Positions 45,544 to 55,814 of a stretch of DNA of 64,000 nucleotides are shown here, one piece after another. Made by a program: the position numbers and the translations under genes. The notes under the pieces were generated by a model. It saw only the letters and a list, made by a program, of their open reading frames with translations. It was not told the origin of the DNA and searched no databases. Source of the stretch: a bacterium (GTDB lineage: Bacteria > Patescibacteriota > WWE3 > 2-01-FULL-39-13 > JAACPI01); the NCBI GenBank assembly GCA_009995545.1, contig JAACPI010000005.1, positions 28,244 to 92,243 on the forward strand. Reading direction: 5' to 3'. Positions within the stretch are counted from its first letter, which is position 1. Each line of letters opens with the position of its first letter.

Positions 45544-47958
45544 TTATTCTTCCTCAATTATAAAATCTTTATTAATTATATAGTCTTTTTCAAATACTTT
45601 TTTGTCTGGAATATTTAATAAGATTTTAAAGCTGTAGTCCTTGGCACCAGGCTGTTTTTGTACCTTTAACCGGTAGGGACTTTCTAAAAATACTGGGTCC
45701 TTTACTTCGTAAGACAGGGTTACGAAAATTTCTTCTAAAGGTCTTACTGTAAATGGGATATAGACTACATTCACATTGTTGACTTTTTTAACAAAGATAT
45801 TTCTAGTAATGTCTATTTCCTTTGAGGTGTCTATCTGCTTAACTTTTGCCCCTGTTACAAAACTTGATTCTGGTATGCCGATATTTAAATAACCTTGATA
45901 GTCTCCATAGGGCCAATTATAGTTATTACTAAAGTTTGAGATTGTAATAAATAGGTCATTAGATTTAATGCCTCTTCTTTGATCGTAGTTTACGTTAAGC
46001 TCAACTTTTTTTTCAGTTTTTTTATTAACTTTATTTTCTCCTAGATTACTTTCTAAAATGTATAAGTAATCTTTGGTTTTATCTCGATTAACAACATTTC
46101 CGTCTAATTCCAAATTTTGTATTACTCTTTGATAATCTAAATTTTTTGCATTAATTACAATATCTTTACTCTCCAAAATTTGTAATAAATTTAACACCAG
46201 ATTTAAACTCATTTTGTCCTTCGTACTTAGCTTTTCTAAAACCTTACTGCCCAGTAGAGTTATAAAATTTTTCTTTTGAGTACTGCCTTCGTAGTAATTC
46301 TTTTCAGAATAAGTTTGTGCAAGAGTATCAAAATTTTCTGCCGTTACTTCTTCATTGTAGGTAGCCAGCTTTATGGGGCCGGTTATTTCCAAAAGTTTTT
46401 TTAGGCTATTAAGATTTACATACACTACGTAATCCAGCTTTAAATCTAGTGCTTTTTCAAAGTAAGCAGTTACTATTTCATCTCTTTGACTAGCTTCTAG
46501 AATTAAATTGGCATCCCTTGTGTACAAATAGTCGGTTTTAATAAAATTCATATACTCTTTGGGCATTTCTAAAAGTATGTTTTTATACTTTTCTTCTAGA
46601 GTTCCGTCTATGTTATAAATATCGTCAAAAATGTAATCGGTTATCTTCAAATTTTTAGTTTTAACGATTGCATAAGACCCTATAAACCCTCCAGAGGGTC
46701 TAAGTTCATTCGAATTTTGGATAAGTACTAAAGCTGTTTGCTCTGTTTTAGTATCGGGGTACAAAGATAGTAACTCCAGGTACTTAGTTTTTTCTTGTAG
46801 ACCGTCAATAAGCTCCCTTTTACTGTTAAATAAGTCTCTCTCTAGGGGAGTTAAAAAATAAAGTGAGTCAATTTCTTGTGCATAATCTATGGCCTTTGTG
46901 CTTATACCCATAACTGAGGATATTGTTTCTTTATCTAACGTGCCTTTGGACTCTAAATCTCTATTTGTTAAATTTAAGGCACTTAGTGCATAATAAATGG
47001 CGTTGTAGGTGTTTTGGTAGTTCTCTCCAACTTTTGTGGGCATAGAAACAGCTCTTAGTTTATTTGCATAAAGGGTGGCCTTTTCAAAGTCCCCCGATTT
47101 TAGGCTTTTATATAAATAGTAGTTGTCTAGTCCCAAGTCCAAGGCACTTAAGAAACCTACAAAAACTAAAGCTATTATTAGTGTTTTAATTATTGAAAAA
47201 GTAGTTTTTACCCCTGATTTAAGCTGTATTTTAGGTAAGGAAAGCTTTAATTTTAGCTTACCCTTTTTTTTAACTTTTTTCGTCGGTAGAAAATCTTTGT
47301 TTAAGGTGGTTTTAATATAGGTACCTATTGTTGTTTCTGGTTTAAAACCAATTATTTTATTTGTCTCTACTTCAATTATTTTTTCGCTAAATTTATCTTT
47401 AAAGTTTTCTAATGGTTCTACAGAAAATTCGTAGTGTTCTGCAAGCCTACTAATAATTTCTCCTTCCCTTACTTTATTTAGGGTTATGTTAAAAATTTCA
47501 CCTGAAACATTAGTTTTAATTATTTTTTCTATAGATCTTATTAGGTCTTGTAAACTAATAAAATACCTAAATTGGTCTCCATCGCTATACGAAATCTTTT
47601 TGCCTGATCTGATCTCCCTTATTAGGTTGTTGATGTAGCTTTTATTTTCTTCTAAAAGAGCCCCTGCCCTTATTGTATTTACTTTCTTACCCTTTTTGCT
47701 GTATGTTTTGCCAATTTTTTCTAGTAGTTCAAACTCCCTTCCATAATCAAACCCTCCTAGAGATTTAAGGTGTCTGATTTTAGATAATAAAATAACTTGG
47801 CCGTTAGGGTGGATGCCAAAAAAATCATTTATTTTTGACCCGATTTCTCTAGAGGTATTTTTAGGGTTAATTTCTTGTACCAAAACTTCGTATGAGGTGT
47901 TAATCCTATTTAATTGTTCTTTAAGAACTTTACTGGTGATGTTTACTGGTTTAATCAT
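45544..47958 (-). CDS. DUF4012-domain membrane-anchored protein
   Basis: A cytoplasmic N-domain, one TM (TFSIIKTLIIALVFVGFLSAL), then a large external domain containing LRPSGGFIGSYAIV, remembered as the DUF4012 signature common in CPR/Firmicutes. Confidence 0.45.
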   Translation of the reverse strand: MIKPVNITSKVLKEQLNRINTSYEVLVQEINPKNTSREIGSKINDFFGIHPNGQVILLSKIRHLKSLGGFDYGREFELLEKIGKTYSKKGKKVNTIRAGALLEENKSYINNLIREIRSGKKISYSDGDQFRYFISLQDLIRSIEKIIKTNVSGEIFNITLNKVREGEIISRLAEHYEFSVEPLENFKDKFSEKIIEVETNKIIGFKPETTIGTYIKTTLNKDFLPTKKVKKKGKLKLKLSLPKIQLKSGVKTTFSIIKTLIIALVFVGFLSALDLGLDNYYLYKSLKSGDFEKATLYANKLRAVSMPTKVGENYQNTYNAIYYALSALNLTNRDLESKGTLDKETISSVMGISTKAIDYAQEIDSLYFLTPLERDLFNSKRELIDGLQEKTKYLELLSLYPDTKTEQTALVLIQNSNELRPSGGFIGSYAIVKTKNLKITDYIFDDIYNIDGTLEEKYKNILLEMPKEYMNFIKTDYLYTRDANLILEASQRDEIVTAYFEKALDLKLDYVVYVNLNSLKKLLEITGPIKLATYNEEVTAENFDTLAQTYSEKNYYEGSTQKKNFITLLGSKVLEKLSTKDKMSLNLVLNLLQILESKDIVINAKNLDYQRVIQNLELDGNVVNRDKTKDYLYILESNLGENKVNKKTEKKVELNVNYDQRRGIKSNDLFITISNFSNNYNWPYGDYQGYLNIGIPESSFVTGAKVKQIDTSKEIDITRNIFVKKVNNVNVVYIPFTVRPLEEIFVTLSYEVKDPVFLESPYRLKVQKQPGAKDYSFKILLNIPDKKVFEKDYIINKDFIIEEE

Positions 47959-48885
47959 GGCAAGTTATTTACTGCTGTAATTTTAGCATTTGGCGTAGCT
48001 AAGGTCATTATTTACATTTTTACATCAAATAACTATAAGACATCGTGTTTTAATGCTATAAGTCTTTATAGGGGGTATATTGCTTTAAATAAGCATTTAA
48101 AGTGTATGTGGATAAATTCTAATAAGTATGTGGAAACTTTTGTAGTGAAGAGTCAAAAAGTAAATTAAAATAGAGTTATTAACTACTTAAGATTACTTTT
48201 TCCCCTCAAATATATAAATTTTGTGGTAAATTAAGCATTAAAGACTCTGCTTGCAACGACTGTACGCAAAGTTTATTTTTTAATTATGCTTTTATATGCC
48301 CTGTTTGCCAGCAAAAGTCTTTAGAGGGTTATACACACGATTTTTGTAGACAAAGTAGACCACTCCTTCCTGACTCCCTTATAACTCCTTATAGCTACTC
48401 TGAATTGGTTAGAGAGGCTTTTTAGCCTAAGCATTGCAAAAACAGAAGTTGTTTTAATAGATTCTCTGGTAAATTATTTAAACCCTCACTAGGAGCAGTT
48501 TAACTTAAATAATTTAAGTGGCGATACGGCGACTTTTGTGCCCCCAGACCATCAAAGGCTTAAAGAACGGGGCTTTTCTTTGCCGCGAATAATTTGCAAC
48601 AAAAGGAGTAAGAATTTAAATATTAATTCAGAAGTATCCTTAAAAAAGACAAAATCTACAAGTGCTTTAAGCCTTCAAAACAGGGCAAAACGAAAAGAAT
48701 TGGTTAAAAATTGTTATAGCGTCACTGCTTCTTCTATCCCCAAAAAAGTATTTTTAATAGACGTACAGGTTCGACTCTTTTAGAAAATACTGGGGTATTA
48801 AAAAAGATCGGGGGCAAAAAGCGTTGTGTGCTTTGCCTTAGCTTATAACCCTTTTAAATTTATAGAACAAAACTTAAATTAAAGG

Positions 48886-49383
48886 TTATAAAACTACTAG
48901 TATTAGCGCGAAGGCTAGCATGATTACTAACTGAAATCCTGCATCCACTAAAAACAGAGCTACACTTTTTCTTTGGTACAAAACATTAATTCCAGTTGTT
49001 GTTGCTACAAAGCCTATCCACAATACAAAGGCTAGCATTAGTGCATCTAAAACTTCTGTTAATCCCATTATGGTTATAAAGTAGTTTAGAATATTCGCCA
49101 TAACTAAGGACAATACAAAAGATCCTGCAACAGCTAGATTCATTCCTGGAATTCTTCCATTTTTATCTTTTTTTAAACCCAACTCTTTTTGCCAGATATC
49201 TCCAAAAATTGCAGGGGAATACCACAAGATTCCTATCAATATAAAGCTAACCCCAGACATTAATAACGGAAATATATTTTGAAAAAATAGTGTTGTATTC
49301 ATAAGCAGAGTATAGCTAACTAAAAACAAAATGTCACTTTTGAAAACCCGAGACTTATAAAATAATACAATGGTAGAATTCAT
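48886..49383 (-). CDS. DUF1761-like small polytopic membrane protein
   Basis: 165 aa, four TM helices, conserved W..P.IFG segment. Confidence 0.35.
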   Translation of the reverse strand: MNSTIVLFYKSRVFKSDILFLVSYTLLMNTTLFFQNIFPLLMSGVSFILIGILWYSPAIFGDIWQKELGLKKDKNGRIPGMNLAVAGSFVLSLVMANILNYFITIMGLTEVLDALMLAFVLWIGFVATTTGINVLYQRKSVALFLVDAGFQLVIMLAFALILVVL

Positions 49384-49390
49384 TTAATAT

Positions 49391-50803
49391 ATGCCAAAAT
49401 CGATTTTAAAACCCCAGTTGGGTGAAAAATGTGGAGTTTTCGGTGTTTTTGGCCCCTCTTTAGACACCTCACGTTTGACCTATTTTGGTTTGTGGTCCCT
49501 ACAACATCGGGGTCAAGAAAGTTCAGGTATTTGTACTAGTAGCGGAAAATTTTTTTCAATTCATAGGGGTTTGGGTTTAGTGGCTAATGTTTACAGTGAA
49601 AAAAACTTAAAAAAACTAAAAGGGGGTATTTCTATTGGTCACAACCGTTATGCAACAAGTGGGGGAGGTAAAATTAAGTTTGCACAACCCGTATACGACG
49701 ATGATAACAGGGTTGCCCTAGCTCATAATGGAAATTTGCCTGTAACTAAAGCATTAAAAGTTTTTTTAAAAGAAAAAGGTATAAATACTTTCGGACACAA
49801 CGACTCAAATCTAATGCACAAAGCTCTTCAGTATTATTTAATTAAAGGGCATTCTATAGAGGGCGCTCTAAAGGAGTGTTTTCCTCTTTTTACAGGGGCT
49901 TTTTCGCTAGTTTTAATGACTAAAAACAAGCTTGTAGGCGTCAGAGACCCTATGGGGATAAGGCCACTGAGTATAGGAAAAATTGAAGGTGGTTATGTAT
50001 TATCCTCAGAAACATGCGCTCTTCACACTGTTGGTGCAAAATTTATTAGAGATGTTAAACCTGGAGAAATAGTAGTTGTATCTAAAAAAGGAATAAAGTC
50101 TACCCAACTGGTAAAAGGGGAAGAGCATTTAGATATTTTTGAGTTTGTATATTTTGCCCGGCCCGACAGTGACCTTTTAGGTACTAGCGTTTATCAGGCT
50201 CGTAAAAGAATGGGTGCCTTATTATATAAACAGCATAAAATTAAAGCCGATGTAATTATTCCTGTGCCAGATTCTGCCACCTCTGCCGCCTTAGGCTATT
50301 CCCAAGAGTCTGGGATTCCTTTAGAAGAAGCTTTGATTAAAAACAGGTATATCCACAGAACTTTTATTAAACCCACTCAAAGACTTCGCGAAAATAGCGT
50401 TAAATTAAAACTTAACCCTATTAAATCTGTTATTAAAAACAAAAGGGTGATTTTAGTAGACGACTCTATTGTTAGGGGAACAACTTCTAAAAATTTAGTA
50501 AAAATGGTAAAACAAGCCGGAGCTAAAGAGGTTTATATGGTTGTAAGTTCTCCTCCGGTAAAATTTCCTGATTTTTACGGAATAGACACTCCCGATCAAT
50601 CACAACTAATTGGGGCAAACAAAAGTGTAGAGCAAATTCGAAAATATATTGGGGCAGACAAATTAATTTTTTTATCGTTAAAAAATTTAATAAAAGCGAT
50701 AGATCTGCCAAAGGTAAAACTAACCACAGCTTGTTTTACAGGCGAATACCTTATTGATATAGGTGTTAGAAATAGAGGAAGGGTTAAGTATGTTGACCTA
50801 TAA
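49391..50803 (+). CDS. purF: amidophosphoribosyltransferase
   Basis: Short propeptide then nucleophile Cys (CGVFGVFG), an Ntn-glutaminase domain, and a C-terminal PRTase motif VILVDDSIVRGTT. Confidence 0.85.
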   Translation: MPKSILKPQLGEKCGVFGVFGPSLDTSRLTYFGLWSLQHRGQESSGICTSSGKFFSIHRGLGLVANVYSEKNLKKLKGGISIGHNRYATSGGGKIKFAQPVYDDDNRVALAHNGNLPVTKALKVFLKEKGINTFGHNDSNLMHKALQYYLIKGHSIEGALKECFPLFTGAFSLVLMTKNKLVGVRDPMGIRPLSIGKIEGGYVLSSETCALHTVGAKFIRDVKPGEIVVVSKKGIKSTQLVKGEEHLDIFEFVYFARPDSDLLGTSVYQARKRMGALLYKQHKIKADVIIPVPDSATSAALGYSQESGIPLEEALIKNRYIHRTFIKPTQRLRENSVKLKLNPIKSVIKNKRVILVDDSIVRGTTSKNLVKMVKQAGAKEVYMVVSSPPVKFPDFYGIDTPDQSQLIGANKSVEQIRKYIGADKLIFLSLKNLIKAIDLPKVKLTTACFTGEYLIDIGVRNRGRVKYVDL

Positions 50804-51019
50804 ACAGCATCCTCGATCTTCTTTATGACAGTGGTGAGTATTTAAATCACAGCCTGCACAAGAACATTCGCATTCTTCTTTTGTTGCTCCTTCTGATGCA
50901 ACTTGCCATTGTTGTAAGGCTAATAAGTAGGCTGGGTCTAAAAAATCTAACTGCTCCCATTCCTCTATTACTGGAGTGTCTTGGAGTTCAGTTTCAGGAG
51001 TAACTGTTCGTAAATTCAT
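50798..51019 (-). CDS. possible small cysteine-rich protein (uncertain)
   Basis: 73-aa ORF in the convergent spacer between purF and the ABC-F gene. It ends in CECSCAGCDLNTHHCHKEDRGCC and has locally elevated GC. No RBS was checked. Confidence 0.2.
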   Translation of the reverse strand: MNLRTVTPETELQDTPVIEEWEQLDFLDPAYLLALQQWQVASEGATKEECECSCAGCDLNTHHCHKEDRGCCL

Positions 51020-51087
51020 AGGCTTTCTAAATGCCTATAGTATACTACTAGAAAAATATACGTCCACCCACTAAATAAGCTTTTAGG

Positions 51088-52596
51088 CTAATTTCCCACA
51101 AAAACAATATTTTTCTCTCGAAGGTTAAAGGTTTTGGTTATGTTTACACTTTCTACAAAGTATCTGTCGTGGCTTACTAAAATTAATGTTCCTTTGTATT
51201 CATTTAAGCTTTCTTCAATAACCTCTTTAGTTGAAATATCTAAATGGTTAGTAGGCTCATCTAATATTAAAACGTCGTAGTCGTTAACAGAAAATATAGC
51301 AAAAACAAACCTAGCTCTCTGTCCGGGGCTTAAATCACCAACTCTTTTGTATTCAACGTCTTCTTTGTTAAATAAAAACTTTCCAAGTAAGCTGTATACC
51401 TGGCCTATTTCTGCAACAGTTGAGTTTTCAAAAACAGCGTCTTTTAATAAACTTTTGTAGTTTAAAAAACTAGATTTTTGAGCAAAATAACCTACCTTTA
51501 AGTTTGGTCCGACGGTAACTGTCCCTTTTGTTAGCTCTAATGGGTCTTTTTCGCCCCCAATATTTGTATATTGATTATTGGTTTGCTTAAATGCCGTGTT
51601 TATTATTTTTACTAAAGTGCTTTTACCCGTACCATTTTGTCCATAAATCCAAATTCTATCTTTTCCTCTAATTTCTAAATTTAAATCGTTAAATACAGTT
51701 ACATTTTCAAACTTTTTTTGTCCCTTTTGTATACTTACTACTAACTTCCCGGCGTGAATTTGGGTGTCAAATTCTACAGTTTTCATTTTTTCCTCTATAT
51801 ATTCTTCTTTTTTATCTTTAGTTATTTCTCTTTCAAAGCGTTTTTTAGCTGCCCTTACAGCCTTTCCTCTCTTTGTTCCTGCTTTTATTTTAGCTACATT
51901 AACAATCAAATTTTCTAACTGGGTCTTTTTTCTTAGAAATCTCGTGTATTCCTCATTCCATTTACCAATAAGCTTTAGCTTTTGTTCTTTGTAATTATCA
52001 TAATCTCCTACAAAAGATATAATTTTACCTTTTTCTATTTCCCAAACAGAGTCTACAGTATTATTTAAAAATTGCCTGTCGTGGCTAATCATAACCACAC
52101 TGATATCCAGGTTTTTAATATATTTTTCAAACCACATTATTCCCTCTATATCTAAATGGTTAGTGGGTTCATCAATTAGTAGGGTAGTGGGGTCTTTTAA
52201 AAGTTGCTCAATCATTACTAATTTCATTTTTTGCCCTTCACTTAAAGTTCCTATTCTTTGATACTCGTCGTAGTTATTAAATTCTAATTTTTGTAATAGT
52301 GCTTCAACTTTGTAAAATTCCCACTCCTCCTCTAGCAAATCTAATAAAAAAGTTCCCACCATCTGATTAGGGTCTAGTCTGAATTCCTGGGGAATATAAC
52401 CTATTTTTTCATTTTCTAAAGTCACTCGGCCTTCCGTAGGGGATTCTTCCCCAATAAGTATTTTAAACAGAGTAGTTTTTCCACACCCGTTAGCACCAAC
52501 TAAGGCTATTTTTTTATTTCTCGGCAACACAAAATCTATACCATTTAAAACAATGTTGCCGTTGTATATTTTTATTAAACCACTTGCTTTTATCAT
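51088..52596 (-). CDS. ABC-F family ATPase (ribosome-associated translation factor type)
   Basis: Two ABC cassettes: Walker A GANGCGKTT with signature LSEGQKMKL, and Walker A GQNGTGKST with signature LSPGQRARF. No TM domain. Confidence 0.8.
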   Translation of the reverse strand: MIKASGLIKIYNGNIVLNGIDFVLPRNKKIALVGANGCGKTTLFKILIGEESPTEGRVTLENEKIGYIPQEFRLDPNQMVGTFLLDLLEEEWEFYKVEALLQKLEFNNYDEYQRIGTLSEGQKMKLVMIEQLLKDPTTLLIDEPTNHLDIEGIMWFEKYIKNLDISVVMISHDRQFLNNTVDSVWEIEKGKIISFVGDYDNYKEQKLKLIGKWNEEYTRFLRKKTQLENLIVNVAKIKAGTKRGKAVRAAKKRFEREITKDKKEEYIEEKMKTVEFDTQIHAGKLVVSIQKGQKKFENVTVFNDLNLEIRGKDRIWIYGQNGTGKSTLVKIINTAFKQTNNQYTNIGGEKDPLELTKGTVTVGPNLKVGYFAQKSSFLNYKSLLKDAVFENSTVAEIGQVYSLLGKFLFNKEDVEYKRVGDLSPGQRARFVFAIFSVNDYDVLILDEPTNHLDISTKEVIEESLNEYKGTLILVSHDRYFVESVNITKTFNLREKNIVFVGN

Positions 52597-52735
52597 TTCT
52601 ACAGTATTTTATACATTTTGGTTCCTAAAATAAACCAAAAAGTAGCTGAGTAATACTCTTTATATAGGGTGGGGTAAATTAAAACTTTAATTTTTCAACT
52701 TTTTAGCACCTGGATTATGGCTCACACCCTTCAGT

Positions 52736-52744
52736 GGGGGGGGG
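52736..52744. repeat. homopolymeric G9 tract ~140 nt upstream of the ABC-F start
   Basis: cagtgggggggggagatt. Confidence 0.9.
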
Positions 52745-52758
52745 AGATTAAAAAGTAA

Positions 52759-53391
52759 TCATTTTAAGATCTCCAGCAGGGATTTTAGGATACCACTGTC
52801 TACTTCTAAGCGATCTTTAGCACTGATCTCCGTGGAATATATATAATTATTGCCTACCTTTACTTTTGTTATTGCCCTTAGAGGATAATTACCTACCTTT
52901 TCTACCCCCCTTGGCTTGCTAACCAACTTTGCACGGATAACTGACTCTTTGCTTTTAATCCCCGCCTTATCTATGTAAGCATGGCCATATCTAAATAAAA
53001 TATCAATTTCCCCACCATACTTTTTAGCAAGGCTGGAGTAAAATTTTATCGCCGTTGCGTTATTGAATTTTCCGTATCTATTTATCACAGGTGATTTTAT
53101 AGATAATCCTGAATTGTCCTCTTTAGAAACATTTCCACAAAAGTCTAAAACATCATCTTGAGTTAGTACTGCGATACTTTTTCCTAATTTAGCCCAATAA
53201 TACCGTGCCTTTTCTTCGGCAATTTCTTTTGGACTGAATCCTGTTTCCTTTGGCGCTATTATTTTTTCAGGTATATCTGCAAGAGATAAAATTTCATAAT
53301 TTAGATCTTTTAGTAGTCTCTTTATTTTGGCATACTTATTTTCATTTTTTGTAGCGAAAATAATCTTTTTTTTATTACAGGACATAATCAT
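52759..53391 (-). CDS. Ham1/RdgB-like non-canonical NTP pyrophosphatase (divergent)
   Basis: N-terminus KIIFATKNENKYAKIKRLL...ETGFSPKEIAEEKA follows the ITPase pattern (ATxNxxKxxE...ETG.TF.ENA). The C-terminal half is divergent. Confidence 0.4.
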   Translation of the reverse strand: MIMSCNKKKIIFATKNENKYAKIKRLLKDLNYEILSLADIPEKIIAPKETGFSPKEIAEEKARYYWAKLGKSIAVLTQDDVLDFCGNVSKEDNSGLSIKSPVINRYGKFNNATAIKFYSSLAKKYGGEIDILFRYGHAYIDKAGIKSKESVIRAKLVSKPRGVEKVGNYPLRAITKVKVGNNYIYSTEISAKDRLEVDSGILKSLLEILK

Positions 53392-53531
53392 GCCTCATTG
53401 CAAACTTACTATATAAATAAAGAATCCAAATAATTTTTGATTATAAAGCTAATATACCTAGCCAAGAGATCTTCTCTGATTTTCAGTCTAACCCATATTT
53501 TCCATAAATAGCAAAAATATTATCGCTTTAT

Positions 53532-55256
53532 CTAAGATTTACGGTAGTCCTCAACCCGAACTTCTGGCAATCTTAAACCTATATTAAAACCCATTTCTTC
53601 CCTCTCGGATAGTCTCGGATCGTGGGATACAATTATTAAAGTACCTGTGTAATCTTCTAGAGCCTCGACTAGTAAATCTATATCTGCATTAGAAAAATCC
53701 CCAATTGGCTCGTCTAGTATAAGCAAATTGGGTTTGTCTAGCATTAATTTAGCCATATAAAGCTTCACTTTTTGGCTTCTGCTCAAATGTTCTTTAGTGA
53801 CCTCATAAGGAGTGGAACCTACAAATCCCCAGTACGCTAAAATTGCTGCAGCGTGTTTTTCACTTATACCGGGTCTGTCTTTTATCATCTCTCTAATTAA
53901 AAGGTCATCTCCCAGGGCCTCCTCAGCTCCCGGAGTGTAAAAACCAATGTCAACATTTGTTCCAAATCCAATCTCTCCGGCGTCTGGGAGATTTTCACGA
54001 TTATCTCTTTTTGCTATCATTCTTAAGAGAGTACTCTTACCTGTTCCATTAGGGCCGTAAATATATAACCTATCTCCTCTTTGAACCTGTAGTTCTAACT
54101 TTGATAAATCAACGTGAACAGTGCCTGCATCCGTTTCAAAAAGTTTTTCCACACCGCTAATTTTAACTACATTATCCCCACTTCTTCTTCCTGCTTCAAA
54201 GAACCTGTTCCTTGTATAGTCGTTTTCGTCTAAAAGATCCTGACCAGGGTGATTGTCTAATTGTTCCCCAATCCTTTCAGCACGTCTTTCCATCACCTTC
54301 ACATTCCTCATCATGTCTTTACTTCTTTTAGCCATAGGCCTAAGTTTCGCAGCAGTTCTCTCCAACCTTTCCTTGTCTCTACTTAGATTAGTCGCCTCTC
54401 TTCTCCACTGACTAGTGACTTCAGCTACTTTTGTTAAAAAGTTCTTATAACCTCCATCTGCGCTAAATACCCTCCCAGTACTCGTTATCCCACAAGTTCT
54501 ATTGGCACACGCTGTTAAAAATAGTTCGTCTCCCGTGGCAACCAAATAACCTCGTTTATCGTCATTTTTAATGTATTCAGCCAACCAGGCGGTAGACTCC
54601 CTATCTAAAAAAGCTGTAGGCTCATCTAATACTACTAATTCTGCTTTTTTATTAAAGAGAGTGGCCCCAATTAGTACGCGTTGCAGTTGGCCACTACTTA
54701 ATTGATATAGTTTTCTTGTAAGCGGAATGTCTGAAATTCTTAAACCATCTAAAATTCTCAGCATTTCACTCTCAGCTGTATATGCCCCAAGTGTTTCGAG
54801 CTCGCGGGTTATTTCTTCTACTCGAGCTGTTGCCTCTGAATTTTCTAGCCATCCATCAGACAAATAAATTTCCTCTAGTTCGTGTTGGAGAGAAGGCAGC
54901 GCTGTTCTTCCCACACAAAAATCTAGTATGGATACGTCTCTGTTTTGGTCTCTAACTTTTTCTATATCTTGGGGTAAATAATCAATCACATCTTGCCCTA
55001 CAAGTATATGGCAATCTCCCGAATCTGGTTTTCTTAATCCACAGGCAACTTCGATAAGACTAGTTTTACCCGAGCCACTTTCTCCAGTTACCGCCGTACA
55101 AGATCCTTGCTGCACGAGAACTTCCCCAGCAAAAAATAGATTGTCTCTACCATCTAATGAGCGTAAAGTTAAGTCATGGGAATTTATAAATGTTTTTCCA
55201 GTAATAGGCAATCGTTCGTCCATTTTATTTGAGTATAAATATAATAATGAGAACAT
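53532..55256 (-). CDS. second ABC-F family ATPase with long inter-domain linker, atypically GC-rich
   Basis: Cassette 1: Walker A GESGSGKTS with signature LSSGQLQRV. Cassette 2: Walker A GPNGTGKST with signature LSRSQKVKL. The ~70-aa basic linker QWRREATNLSRDKERLERTAAKLRPMAKRSKDMMRNVKVMERRAERIGEQL resembles the ARD/PtIM of antibiotic-resistance ABC-Fs. Codon usage is visibly GC-richer than in neighbours. Confidence 0.75.
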   Translation of the reverse strand: MFSLLYLYSNKMDERLPITGKTFINSHDLTLRSLDGRDNLFFAGEVLVQQGSCTAVTGESGSGKTSLIEVACGLRKPDSGDCHILVGQDVIDYLPQDIEKVRDQNRDVSILDFCVGRTALPSLQHELEEIYLSDGWLENSEATARVEEITRELETLGAYTAESEMLRILDGLRISDIPLTRKLYQLSSGQLQRVLIGATLFNKKAELVVLDEPTAFLDRESTAWLAEYIKNDDKRGYLVATGDELFLTACANRTCGITSTGRVFSADGGYKNFLTKVAEVTSQWRREATNLSRDKERLERTAAKLRPMAKRSKDMMRNVKVMERRAERIGEQLDNHPGQDLLDENDYTRNRFFEAGRRSGDNVVKISGVEKLFETDAGTVHVDLSKLELQVQRGDRLYIYGPNGTGKSTLLRMIAKRDNRENLPDAGEIGFGTNVDIGFYTPGAEEALGDDLLIREMIKDRPGISEKHAAAILAYWGFVGSTPYEVTKEHLSRSQKVKLYMAKLMLDKPNLLILDEPIGDFSNADIDLLVEALEDYTGTLIIVSHDPRLSEREEMGFNIGLRLPEVRVEDYRKS

Positions 55257-55393
55257 TATACTATAAGTCTATAATATAGCAATGATAAAGTTTGTAAAAA
55301 AGTCATCATACCTTTAAATCCTTTAAGGATAACAAATTAATTGTTGACATATTCGATATGTATGTACTACTATAGGTATATTAAAGTTTATTT

Positions 55394-55801
55394 TTGCAAA
55401 TGAAAAAATATATATTTTTGGCGGGCCCAATGAGAGGAGTACCTAGGGAGCAGTCTTTAGGGTACAGAGAAGAAGCTACAAGACTTCTTGAGGAGAATTT
55501 TAGAGTACTTCATGCTATGAGAGGCAGAGAGCTAAAAGAAACGATGCCGGATCCAAAAGGGGCTGTTATTCGGGATAAGATGGATATTGATCAAGCTGAT
55601 ATAGTTTTAGTAAACGATTCCTATACAAATGTAAGTAATATTGGTACTGCAATGGAAATAATGTATTCTTGGGAAAGAGGCAAGGCAGTAATTATTTTTG
55701 GAGAAGAACATTTGCATGACTACTGGATGAACTTTCACAGTCATTTAAGATTTAAAAATTTGGAGGAGGCGTGTCATTTTATAAATAAAATGTTTAAGTA
55801 A
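55394..55801 (+). CDS. nucleoside 2-deoxyribosyltransferase-like protein
   Basis: YIFLAGPMRG N-terminus and 135-aa flavodoxin-like size match the Nuc_deoxyrib_tr family pattern. Confidence 0.4.
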   Translation: MQMKKYIFLAGPMRGVPREQSLGYREEATRLLEENFRVLHAMRGRELKETMPDPKGAVIRDKMDIDQADIVLVNDSYTNVSNIGTAMEIMYSWERGKAVIIFGEEHLHDYWMNFHSHLRFKNLEEACHFINKMFK

Positions 55802-55814
55802 TAGTTATTTAATT

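Noticed and set aside
48538-48783. 81-aa ORF in the long spacer
   Set aside because: Lys/Ser/Leu-rich low-complexity product with no start context evaluated. More likely non-coding.
48700-48790. tRNA-like T-loop GGTTCGACTC in the 48.2-48.9 kb spacer
   Set aside because: Flanking sequence does not form a T-stem, acceptor stem or anticodon arm, so this is not a tRNA.
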